Assembly (NCBI RefSeq): GCF_017876815.1
Contig: NZ_JAGIOS010000003.1
Span: forward strand, 1,380,001-1,412,000
Source of the DNA: Sinorhizobium meliloti
Lineage (GTDB): Bacteria > Pseudomonadota > Alphaproteobacteria > Rhizobiales > Rhizobiaceae
Direction of reading: 5' to 3'
DNA length: 32,000 nt
Below the pieces are notes generated by a model that saw nothing but the letters and a program-made list of their open reading frames with translations, did no database searches and was not told the DNA's origin. The translations under genes and the position numbers were made by a program. Below, in pieces: positions 24,381-31,797 of this stretch; within the stretch, counting starts at the first letter, position 1; each line of letters begins with the position of its first letter.

Positions 24381-24750
24381 GACTTTACCCTTTTTTCGAT
24401 TCCGCCGCTCAGCGGGTACTATGCACCGCTTTGAAGCATTTAGGAGCAGGCACCTCCGAAGAATCGCAGCGCACTCCCTTCTTTTTTGGGGAAATTCCGC
24501 TCGCTGGCTCCTCTTGAGGCGGTGAAGCAAAATGCTTCAGAACGCCCAGCATGGGGCAACAAATCGGCTGTCGCTGCGTTCACCTGAGGCAAAATGCTTT
24601 CAGAAACGCGTTCCATCCCGTGAGGAACTGATCGATCGCGGCCTTCATGATCACGGGCATCTTGACGTCGTTCTCCAGGGCGGCCCTTTGCAGTCGCATC
24701 TTCGTGTCGTAATCCAGCGGGCAGTTGACGTAGTGCTTGGATTCGCGGTC
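24381..24750. repeat. degenerate copy A of the spacer-orf130-parG segment
   Basis: It is collinear with 26114-26806, with two deletions. The blocks are 24381-24441~26114-26178, 24530-24565~26191-26230, 24566-24620~26519-26573 and 24621-24750~26679-26806, aligned by eye. Confidence 0.75.
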
Positions 24751-24804
24751 ACACTTGCCGGGATGATCGAACGAGCACTGGCGGCTCTTGTAAATGCTGA
24801 GCAC
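24580..24804 (-). pseudogene. chimeric remnant of RHH partition-protein (parG-like) C-terminus fused to an orf130 fragment
   Basis: ..RESKHYVNCPLDYDTKMRLQRAALENDVKMPVIMKAAIDQFL matches the C-terminus of 26663-27100. It lacks that protein's N-terminal 100 aa, and its 3' end derives from orf130-like sequence. Confidence 0.7.
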
Positions 24805-24814
24805 CAGAGAACCC

Positions 24815-24843
24815 TTGTCTGTTTATACAAGTTCTGATATAAA
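24815..24843 (+). promoter_or_regulatory. higBA promoter candidate with operator-like palindrome
   Basis: TTGTCT (24815-24820), N17, then TATAAA (24838-24843). The inverted repeat CTTGT-N8-ACAAG (24814-24831) overlaps the -35 element and spacer. The higB ATG is at 24855. Confidence 0.45.
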
Positions 24844-24854
24844 AGGCGGCCGAG

Positions 24855-25166
24855 ATGAAGGAACTGGTTTTCCTCGGAGATTCCCTGGAGCGATTGCGGG
24901 ATTTTCCGGAGGCAGCCCGAAAGGAAGCCGGCGTTCAGTTGCACAAGGTTCAGCAAGGTTTTGAGCCGAGCGATTGGAAGCCGATGGCGAGTGTAGGACA
25001 AGGGGTGCGGGAAATCCGCATCCGCGACGAGGCCGGGGCATTCCGAGTGATTTACATCGCCAAAATCGAGGATGCCGTTTTTGTGCTGCATGCCTTCCAG
25101 AAGAAGACGCAGCAGACCGCCAAACGAGATCTGGACCTTGCCGCCGCCCGATTGCGGCAAATCTAG
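24855..25166 (+). CDS. higB: type II toxin, RelE/ParE superfamily (HigB / Gp49-like)
   Basis: MKELVFLGDSLERLRDFPEAARKEAGVQLHKVQQG..P.DWKPM..VG.GV.EIRI....GAFRVIYIAK.EDAVFVLHAFQKKTQ.T is characteristic of the phage Gp49-like HigB family. The toxin-first gene order is typical of hig loci. Confidence 0.85.
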   Translation: MKELVFLGDSLERLRDFPEAARKEAGVQLHKVQQGFEPSDWKPMASVGQGVREIRIRDEAGAFRVIYIAKIEDAVFVLHAFQKKTQQTAKRDLDLAAARLRQI

Positions 25167-25179
25167 CGGAGGTGTGACG

Positions 25180-25461
25180 ATGGAACGCCAGAGCTTTTCC
25201 AACGTGTGGGACGCCTTGGAGAACACGCCGGCTGAGGCCGCGAGTATGGCGATGCGCTCCAACCTGCTTATTGCGATCGATCAGCGCGTGCGGAGTTGGC
25301 AAGTGACGCAGGCAGAGGCTGCGCGCCGGCTCGGGATCACACAGCCCCGGCTCAATGATCTGCTTCGAGGCCGGATCACGAATTTCAGCCTTGATACGCT
25401 CATCAACCTGGCGAGCCAGGCAGGACTCACAGTTCGGCTTGATATTGCTGAGGCAGCCTGA
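25180..25461 (+). CDS. higA: type II antitoxin, XRE-family HTH (HigA-like)
   Basis: SD GGAGG lies 8 nt before the ATG at 25180. FSNVWDALENTPAEAASMAMRSNLLIAI......W.VTQAEAARRLGITQPRLNDLLRGRI..FSLD.LINL is the cognate HTH antitoxin family of Gp49-like toxins. Confidence 0.85.
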   Translation: MERQSFSNVWDALENTPAEAASMAMRSNLLIAIDQRVRSWQVTQAEAARRLGITQPRLNDLLRGRITNFSLDTLINLASQAGLTVRLDIAEAA

Positions 25462-25520
25462 CGTAAGCGTGGTGTCCTGCATTCCGTTCCGTCCGCCCCT
25501 CTGTCCTTTATCGATAGCGC

Positions 25521-25800
25521 GTGCCGGACGAGGCTACCGTCGCGTTTGCCGCAGGTAAATTCCGGGTCGGAAGCGAACGCTCTTTTCGATTGGGCCCAGA
25601 GAGCTGGAGGGCCGCCAGTGATAATGCCCCGGCGATCGGGGGTGACGGCTCCGAGCTTCGCGTCTGCTATGAGTCCGGGCTTGCGGGTTCGTCGTTGTGC
25701 GAAGTTCCGAAAGCTGGCCGAGCTTGCCGGATTTGTCTGGGATTGCACGGAATACGCCGCCGGTCGTCGTTGAGGCACGGCGACAGCGCGCGCGCAGGGG
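25521..25800 (+). pseudogene. possible N-terminal remnant of a second IS110-family transposase
   Basis: ..GKFRVGSERSFRLGPES......GGDGSELRVCYESGLAGSSL resembles the ...L.FCYEAGP.G..L block of IS110-family N-termini. The continuation requires frame changes (..RKLAELAGFV..). The call is weak. Confidence 0.3.
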
Positions 25801-26113
25801 GAAGCGGATCGGGGTTGCGCAGCCCGGAGCCGCGCGGCCCTCGAGCACACGGGAGTGGTGTCGAAAACGAACATGGACTTGGCCGTGCTGCGCGGTCTGA
25901 TTGACGCAGGATAATACGGCCGCTGGGGCAGAACTCATCAATGCCCCTACCATCTGCCAAACGCTCCGAATGGCTTCTCCAAACCCGGCAGCTTCCGCTT
26001 CCGTGCTATGTCGGCGCGGAGCTATCGAATACTTAAACTTCGCTAAAGTCGTAGCGAAACCCGCGGATATCCCAGAGCTCCGCCAAAGTCGGAGTTTCTT
26101 TCAATCAGTCACC

Positions 26114-26806
26114 GACCTTTACCCCTTCTTTTTTTATACCGCCCCTCAGCGGTCACCATGCACCAGTGAAGCAATTTCGCACAGAGGTCTGAAATGCTTC
26201 AGCTGCGCCCCGGGCATCCGGGCAACAGTCCGACAATCACAATGGTGAAGCAGACGAGAAAAGCAATCACCGATTCTTTGCCGCTATCATCGTCCAGTAG
26301 CCGTCTTGCCATTGAAAAACCGCTTCAATTTGCGTTTCGCCGTCGATCCACTTGAGCTGCGCGAAAAGCTTGCAAGCGATCTCCTGATCTACAATTTGCA
26401 TACAACGGTTGACGCTGACGGTGGAACCGTAGCCATGCCTATTTAGGTCCCATTTGGATAATGCGAATAGCTGGGTCTTGGCCTGATCGTCTGTCGGCCA
26501 CGTACCCTTTTCGGGTACGGCTGTCGCTTCATTCACTTGAGGCAAAATGCTCCCGGAAACGTTCCCCATCCCGACCGTCGGATGGCTGAGATGGGGAGCA
26601 ACATACACGCCGAGGACGCAACCAACAGCCACGCCAAGAAGAAAGCCGCGACCTAACATCGATCAGTAGCCGTTATCCTTGAGGAACTGATCGATCGCGG
26701 CCTTCATGATAACGGTCATTTTGACGTCGTTCTCAAGGGCGGCCTTTTGCAGCCGCGTCTTCGTGTCGTAGTCCAGCGGGCAGTTGACGTAGTGCTTGGA
26801 TTCTCG
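26114..26806. repeat. copy B (intact version) of the spacer-orf130-parG segment
   Basis: See 24381-24750. The last block is roughly 90% identical by eye. Confidence 0.75.
26267..26659 (-). CDS. hypothetical N-terminally anchored protein, third gene of the par operon
   Basis: The 130-aa product has the N-terminal hydrophobic segment GFLLGVAVGCVLGVYVA. It lies 3 nt downstream of the parG-like gene on the same strand. I recognise no family. Confidence 0.55.
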   Translation of the reverse strand: MLGRGFLLGVAVGCVLGVYVAPHLSHPTVGMGNVSGSILPQVNEATAVPEKGTWPTDDQAKTQLFALSKWDLNRHGYGSTVSVNRCMQIVDQEIACKLFAQLKWIDGETQIEAVFQWQDGYWTMIAAKNR

Positions 26807-27100
26807 ATCGCGTGCCCTTTTCAGGTCGCGCAAGCGAATTCTCGAATCTTCGCGCTGCAATGCTCTCGTGGTGGCCCGTTCGCGCCGAGCTTCTTCTGTC
26901 GGGGCGATCAGACGATTAACCGGCTTATTAGTCTCAGACCCGAGAGGTGCAGCTTCTTGGGACTGATTTGCATTCCTAGTCTCCGTCGGCAGCTCAGCCG
27001 GCGTGCTCACTGAGGCTGCCTGTGTCGCGGATTGCTCCACCGGACGGCTGCGACGGGGTGCGACTGCAAAGTCAGAAACTGTCGTTTGGCCCTTAGCCAT
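26663..27100 (-). CDS. ribbon-helix-helix centromere-binding protein candidate (ParG-like) with long disordered N-terminal tail
   Basis: The C-terminal ~45 aa, KHYVNCPLDYDTKTRLQKAALENDVKMTVIMKAAIDQFL, fit a beta-strand/helix/helix RHH pattern. The start overlaps the parA stop by 8 nt. Confidence 0.6.
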   Translation of the reverse strand: MAKGQTTVSDFAVAPRRSRPVEQSATQAASVSTPAELPTETRNANQSQEAAPLGSETNKPVNRLIAPTEEARRERATTRALQREDSRIRLRDLKRARDRESKHYVNCPLDYDTKTRLQKAALENDVKMTVIMKAAIDQFLKDNGY

Positions 27101-27839
27101 TCGCTGCTACCTCTTTCTTGCCTGCCAAAAGCGCTTCGATCTCCCGAACCAGGCTCATGACTTCTGCCCTCGCTTTTTTCACCGACTCTGTCAGGTCGAG
27201 CATTTGCACGGTGCCATAGCCATTTCGAATTTCGCGATAACAATTTCGCTCCATCAGCTCCGTTTTGAGCAGATAGGAATCGTAGCCCCCCTCCTGCAGG
27301 TTCTGCACGAACGGCCTGATCAGCCGGTAGGCCTCCAGCAGCTTCGCCGGCATGGTGATCCTGGTGACGACGTTGACGTGTGGAATTTCCCGGCCCACCT
27401 TGTCGGAAATATCGGCCGTGTCGGCCGCCGCCTGTCCTGCCGCCTTGATCTCGTCCTGGTTCGGCTGGATCGGGGTCAGCACAATATCGGAACCAGCGAT
27501 GATCGTGTCCCTTAGAACGGTATCCTGTCCGGGCGAGTCGATCAAAACCACATCGAACCCGTTCGCCTCGTTCTCGAGGAGCTGCTGAATGGTCGCCTGG
27601 CGGGCGGCGGTTATAAGCTCGATGTTGTCAGGCAGGTTGTCCTTTGCCTCACAGCGCTTCCACCATTCGTGCAGATTTTGGCGGCCGTCTGCGTCGATGA
27701 GAAGCACACGCTTTCCCTGAAGCGCATATTCCCCGGCGATCAAGATGACGGCGGTTGTCTTCCCAGCCCCACCTTTGCCGCTCACGGCAGAAATAAACTT
27801 TGGCAAGCGTCGCAACTCCCTTTGCTGGCTCAAGGTCAT
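27093..27839 (-). CDS. parA: ParA-family partition ATPase
   Basis: ISAVSGKGGAGKTTAVILIAGEYALQGKRVLLIDADGRQN is a deviant Walker A (KGGxGKT). ..FDVVLIDSPG is Walker B-like. An alternative GTG start at 27887 adds 16 codons. Confidence 0.9.
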   Translation of the reverse strand: MTLSQQRELRRLPKFISAVSGKGGAGKTTAVILIAGEYALQGKRVLLIDADGRQNLHEWWKRCEAKDNLPDNIELITAARQATIQQLLENEANGFDVVLIDSPGQDTVLRDTIIAGSDIVLTPIQPNQDEIKAAGQAAADTADISDKVGREIPHVNVVTRITMPAKLLEAYRLIRPFVQNLQEGGYDSYLLKTELMERNCYREIRNGYGTVQMLDLTESVKKARAEVMSLVREIEALLAGKKEVAANG

Positions 27840-28090
27840 TCCGCGGTTCGCCCGTGTGGCCGGCGTTTCGACGTCGGACGTGCACACGATGCGAACAGTT
27901 GTTCATACGATGAGGAATCATCGCACTACCACACCGTGCGGTCAATTGAGCCGACTAAACCATGCCGACATGATGTGAACAATTTCTCCCATGCTAGGAA
28001 ACCACTTAGCAATCGACACACAAACACATGATGTGTACGCGCAGCGAGGGCAGCTCGAGGTTGTTTAGTTGAATTTCCCCTTACAATTTG

Positions 28091-28154
28091 GAGAGGCAGG
28101 ATACGGAAAAATGTGCTACGCCCTTTTCCTGCAATCGAGGGACGAGCCCTCGAT
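28091..28154 (-). other. predicted oriT core (nick region plus inverted repeats)
   Basis: On the plus strand GGCAGGATA (28095-28103) is the complement of TATCCTG|CC, which is the RP4/T-DNA-border-type nick core. On the minus strand it is preceded by GGAAAA-N13-TTTTCC (28105-28129) and ATCGAGGG-N5-CCCTCGAT (28134-28154). It lies in the divergent parA/mobC intergenic region. Confidence 0.55.
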
Positions 28155-28190
28155 CAACTGACGCAAGCGCCAGTAGGGGCCAACGGCCAA

Positions 28191-28592
28191 ATGGATGAGG
28201 GAAAATTCAACGCTCTTCTCCAGCCGGCAAAGAAAGATCGCACTGTGCATGTCCGCGTCACGGCTGACGATCATGCGGCGATCGAGAAGGCCGCCGAGGA
28301 TGCCGACATGACGGTATCCAGCTTTTTCCGGTCGCTGCTTCTGGAGGGGGCGGGGGTTCGGCCGATGTTGACCGGCGATGACCGCCTGATCATGGCGGCT
28401 CTGCTCGAAGACATGCGGATGATCGGGATCAACCTGAATCAAGTCGCGAGGGCCCTCAACAGCGGCCGTGGTGTCCACCCAAGCGAATTGGACATCAACC
28501 TAGAGAACGTGCAGCGGATTCAAGCGGCGGTGATGAGCGAGCTGCGTGCTCTGACGCGGCGAGCTGGTTATCAGCGTCGAGGGGAGAAGTAG
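28191..28592 (+). CDS. mobC: MobC-family relaxosome accessory protein
   Basis: VHVRVTADDHAAIEKAAEDADMTVSSFFRSLLL is RHH-like, and ....LLEDMRMIGINLNQVARALNSG is the MobC signature (..G.NLNQ.AR.LN). The ATG at 28191 is chosen so that the IRs stay non-coding. The longest ORF starts at the GTG at 28113. Confidence 0.8.
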   Translation: MDEGKFNALLQPAKKDRTVHVRVTADDHAAIEKAAEDADMTVSSFFRSLLLEGAGVRPMLTGDDRLIMAALLEDMRMIGINLNQVARALNSGRGVHPSELDINLENVQRIQAAVMSELRALTRRAGYQRRGEK

Positions 28593-28595
28593 CTT

Positions 28596-31040
28596 TTGGA
28601 GATCTTCTTCGGCGCATTCACCAGCGAATGGGAGCAGCGGCGGGCAGCGCTGCTGCACGAAATGTCATCGGGCGGGCGAGGCGCTTGGGCAGAGAAAGAG
28701 ATGCGAAAGCGCCTGAAGCAATTGGCTCGACTTGGCGCTGCAGGTGGCGGCGGAGGCTCGGGCGGCGCTTCGGGTGGTCGTGGATCCGGATCGAAGGGGA
28801 GGGGGGCTCCTCGAGCGCAGGCGACGTCGGCGACAACGGTCGCACGAGCGATGGAGGTGCGGTTAGCGGCCGTCGCAAAGGGAAGCCAGCCGGCAGTCGT
28901 TAAAATGGTGTCTTATGGCGGCGGTGCTCGGGTCGGTGCGATGCTGAATTATGTGTCCCGTGGCGGCGAGTTGAAACTCGAGAACGAAAGCGGCAGGATC
29001 CTCGAGGGGCGGGAGGAATTGGCGCGCATCCGTGGCGATTGGGACCACCTTTTTCAGAACCGCGCAGAAAGCCGCGACATTGGGAGTTTTTCCGTCGAAA
29101 TCGCGGCGACCGACTTTGCCTCGGAAGAGGCATTGCACGAGCAGGTGAGGAGCACCCTGACGAGCGGCTTTGGCGACCGGCGCTATGCCTATGCCCTCGC
29201 GAAAAATGACGGCGGCTCTGTGACCGTTCAGGGGCTTGTCGTATTGCGAAGCCGCCAGGGGGAGCGGCTAACGGGCGACGTGAAGGCGGCCGGCATCATC
29301 CAGGGGCGATACGACACCAGCGCGGCCGCGGGCGAGGCTGCGGCGAAGTTCTCCTTTCATGGCTACGGAAATGGCGCCGAGTTCGGCGCCAGCCGCTTGC
29401 GCGGGCTGGTCGATCGGCATGACGACGTTCGCGACGATCGCGGCCAGTCGATAGCGAATGAGAAGGTCGCGGGCGACCTGGTGCAGAAGGAATGGCGCGG
29501 CGAGCTCCACAGCCGCAAGAGCCGCGACGTGATGCACGTTATCATGTCGGCTCGGGCCGGAACCGATGTTGCTGCGTTCGAAGGGGCGGTTCGCGATTTC
29601 CTGGCGCATCAGTTTGCTGGGCACCGGTATGTCTTCGCTATGCACGATCCGGCCAGCGATCCAAAAGAGGCGGGGGAAGGGGGAAAGCGTCCGCATGTGC
29701 ATGCCCATGCGATTGTGGCGATGAAATCGGATTCCGGTGATCGCATCGAGACGACGCCTGCCGTGTTTCGCGAATGGCGATCCGTCATGGCAGAGAAGGC
29801 GCGGGAGCACGGCATTGAGATGGAAATGACCGACCGGCGCGAGTTTGGCAGCCCGCCGGCATTCACGCGCACCCAGGTCCGGCTGGTGAGCCGAGAAGGC
29901 CGCACAGAACATGTCGGGACGAGCGAGGCTGCGCAAGCGCGATACGACGCCAAGCGCAGCGGCCGGCGCACGGTCGCGAAGAGCGACCGGAGCCGACAGT
30001 ACATCATAAAGGTGCAGGAATCGTGGCAGAAGGTCGCCCTGGCGGGTGGTGATCCTCAGACCGTGTCCTATGCCACGCAGCATCGAAAGTATTTAGAATC
30101 AAGCGTTTCGACAGCACAGACGGAAACGAGCGGCACTATCATACGCGCGGATTTTGGATCGAATTTCCGCATCAATTTAGCTACGTTGCAGGAGATGGTT
30201 TTGGAGGGTCAGGAATTGCGCGAAATATCACGGACAGAGTTCGAGGCTTACGAAAAGAAGGTAGAGACGGCCTTGTTCAAGTTGGAGCGATCGGTCACGG
30301 CAGACGATCGGGCGGACTTTGACGAAATAGCCAGCCTGGCCCGAGATTTCGTCAATCAGAAGCGTGAGCTGGTGGACCTTTACGAGCAGCGCAAAGAGGC
30401 GTTGGCGGAACAAGGTGGCGAAGCGTGCAGCGAGCTGCGTGATCCGGCCAACGACCAGTGGGACGCTGCGATCGCCAAGCACGGCGAGGGTGTTGTCGAG
30501 GCCGGCAACGAGGCAATGATAGAAATCGAGCACTACCGAGAGGGAAATGATAGGGTCGAGGCCGGCGAGTTTTCGGCCGACCGCAAGGAAGGAATGCAGG
30601 CCGGGCTCAATCGAGCTCTGGAGCGGGCTGCGCTGTTGGCTATCGAGGGAAACAGTTACGTTCGGGACGTTGCCGAGCAGGATCCTGGTTTAAAACGGGC
30701 CATCGAGCAGGAGGAGAACAAATCCGATCGCCCGGAGGAAGTGAAGGACAAGGCGGCCTCAAATGCTGAGACAGTCGACGACCAGCAACATGATCTGCGT
30801 GCCCACGAAGAAGACCGGCAGCCAATTGACGGCGGCGCGCGAGCCGCTCACGAGCTGGCCTCCACCATCGATGCTACAAATCGCCTGCAAGATCGTCTAA
30901 ATAAGGATAGGGAAGCCGTTCAACGCGGCGGAGAAACGACACGTACAGACCCTGCACAACAGCATATTCCTCGACTCGAGGAGCTTGAGCGGGAGCAGAT
31001 TGAACAGAGGGAACGCGACCGCGACGACCGGGATCGTTAA
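28596..31040 (+). CDS. conjugative relaxase (PF03432-type, MOBQ/MOBP-like; MobZ/VirD2-like)
   Basis: VVKMVSYGGGARVGAMLNYVSRGGELKLE is the Tyr-containing motif I region. HVIMSA is present. YVFAMHDPASDP.....KRPHVHAHAIV is the 3-His motif (29694-29708). The TTG start at 28596 lies 3 nt after the mobC stop, behind GGGGAGAAG. An alternative ATG is at 28851. The C-terminal ~350 aa are acidic and coiled-coil-like with no recognisable helicase or primase domain. Confidence 0.85.
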   Translation: MEIFFGAFTSEWEQRRAALLHEMSSGGRGAWAEKEMRKRLKQLARLGAAGGGGGSGGASGGRGSGSKGRGAPRAQATSATTVARAMEVRLAAVAKGSQPAVVKMVSYGGGARVGAMLNYVSRGGELKLENESGRILEGREELARIRGDWDHLFQNRAESRDIGSFSVEIAATDFASEEALHEQVRSTLTSGFGDRRYAYALAKNDGGSVTVQGLVVLRSRQGERLTGDVKAAGIIQGRYDTSAAAGEAAAKFSFHGYGNGAEFGASRLRGLVDRHDDVRDDRGQSIANEKVAGDLVQKEWRGELHSRKSRDVMHVIMSARAGTDVAAFEGAVRDFLAHQFAGHRYVFAMHDPASDPKEAGEGGKRPHVHAHAIVAMKSDSGDRIETTPAVFREWRSVMAEKAREHGIEMEMTDRREFGSPPAFTRTQVRLVSREGRTEHVGTSEAAQARYDAKRSGRRTVAKSDRSRQYIIKVQESWQKVALAGGDPQTVSYATQHRKYLESSVSTAQTETSGTIIRADFGSNFRINLATLQEMVLEGQELREISRTEFEAYEKKVETALFKLERSVTADDRADFDEIASLARDFVNQKRELVDLYEQRKEALAEQGGEACSELRDPANDQWDAAIAKHGEGVVEAGNEAMIEIEHYREGNDRVEAGEFSADRKEGMQAGLNRALERAALLAIEGNSYVRDVAEQDPGLKRAIEQEENKSDRPEEVKDKAASNAETVDDQQHDLRAHEEDRQPIDGGARAAHELASTIDATNRLQDRLNKDREAVQRGGETTRTDPAQQHIPRLEELEREQIEQRERDRDDRDR

Positions 31041-31046
31041 AGGGAT

Positions 31047-31427
31047 ATGCTGAACGATAACCGCCAACAATACGTCATCCAGAGCAACGATCCCAAAGGC
31101 GACGAAGGGTTCGGGAAGTTCTTGGGTGTAATTATCGTGTTTGTGATGTTCTTGGGCGCCGTCCAGGTCGCCTATGACTCGGCTACGGCCTGGTATCGTG
31201 GCATGATCATCTGGCTAAATGCGATACCGCAACCTATCTTGCCGGCTTCTGGCCCTACTAAAGCTCACTTTTTTGAAGATCGGCGTCAAATCGCGCCGAT
31301 CTTATTCCCCGGAAATGCGTCATTGCCCGCAGATAAATGGATGGCGCAAGCACCCAAGTCTTCAGACATCGGGCTGAGCGACCAGAGTCAGTCCTTTGAC
31401 GTTCATCTCGGCCTTCAGAGTAGCTGA
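31047..31427 (+). CDS. hypothetical membrane protein downstream of the relaxase
   Basis: The 126-aa product starts 6 nt after the relaxase stop and has one clear TM segment (FLGVIIVFVMFLGAVQVAY). Its G+C is lower. I recognise no family. Confidence 0.5.
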   Translation: MLNDNRQQYVIQSNDPKGDEGFGKFLGVIIVFVMFLGAVQVAYDSATAWYRGMIIWLNAIPQPILPASGPTKAHFFEDRRQIAPILFPGNASLPADKWMAQAPKSSDIGLSDQSQSFDVHLGLQSS

Positions 31428-31560
31428 ATCGCGCACCGGCTCGCTCAACATCTCCGTTTGGGCGACAAAGCGGACGTCCTTGGGATACTCTTGAGTGGCC
31501 AGCTCCGACCTTTCGTCTCCACATCGACCGAAAATTCTGCAATACCCTGATCATGCTCGC

Positions 31561-31779
31561 TCAATCAGCCCGTGTGGTCCGGGGTTGCGCAGGCAACTGT
31601 TGCCTTGCTGCTGGCGTGGCCGCAAGCGCGCGAAGCCGGGCGGCTTGCACCGGATCGCCATAGAAGCGGACGAGTCCGAGTTCCTCGGCACGCTCCCAGC
31701 TCAGGCGATGCGACACGATCTCTTCCAGCGCCGCCTCGGCGGTGACGACAACAAGGTCACCCCGCTGTGGGCCTTTCAC
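31561..31779 (-). pseudogene. 3' fragment of a gene truncated by the IS21 insertion (SCP2/alkylsulfatase-C-like tail?)
   Basis: The open frame runs right up to the IS terminus at 31781, and the apparent GTG start is probably fortuitous. ..AALEEIVSHRLSWERAEELGLVRFYGDPVQAARL loosely resembles SCP2-type C-terminal domains. Confidence 0.3.
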
Positions 31780-31797
31780 GTGAGTTGATTGCCGATT

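Noticed and set aside
24651-25482. Two long minus-strand ORFs (203 and 219 aa) across higBA
   Set aside because: They are antisense to a textbook toxin-antitoxin pair that has its own promoter and SDs. Their composition is Arg/Pro-rich.
28735-28815. GGC/GGT-rich stretch that looks like a tandem repeat
   Set aside because: It is an in-frame Gly/Ser-rich coding low-complexity segment of the relaxase N-terminal extension, not a repeat element or a CRISPR-like array.
29268-30083. 271-aa minus-strand ORF
   Set aside because: It is antisense within the relaxase gene, has a junk-like Arg-rich composition and no family resemblance.
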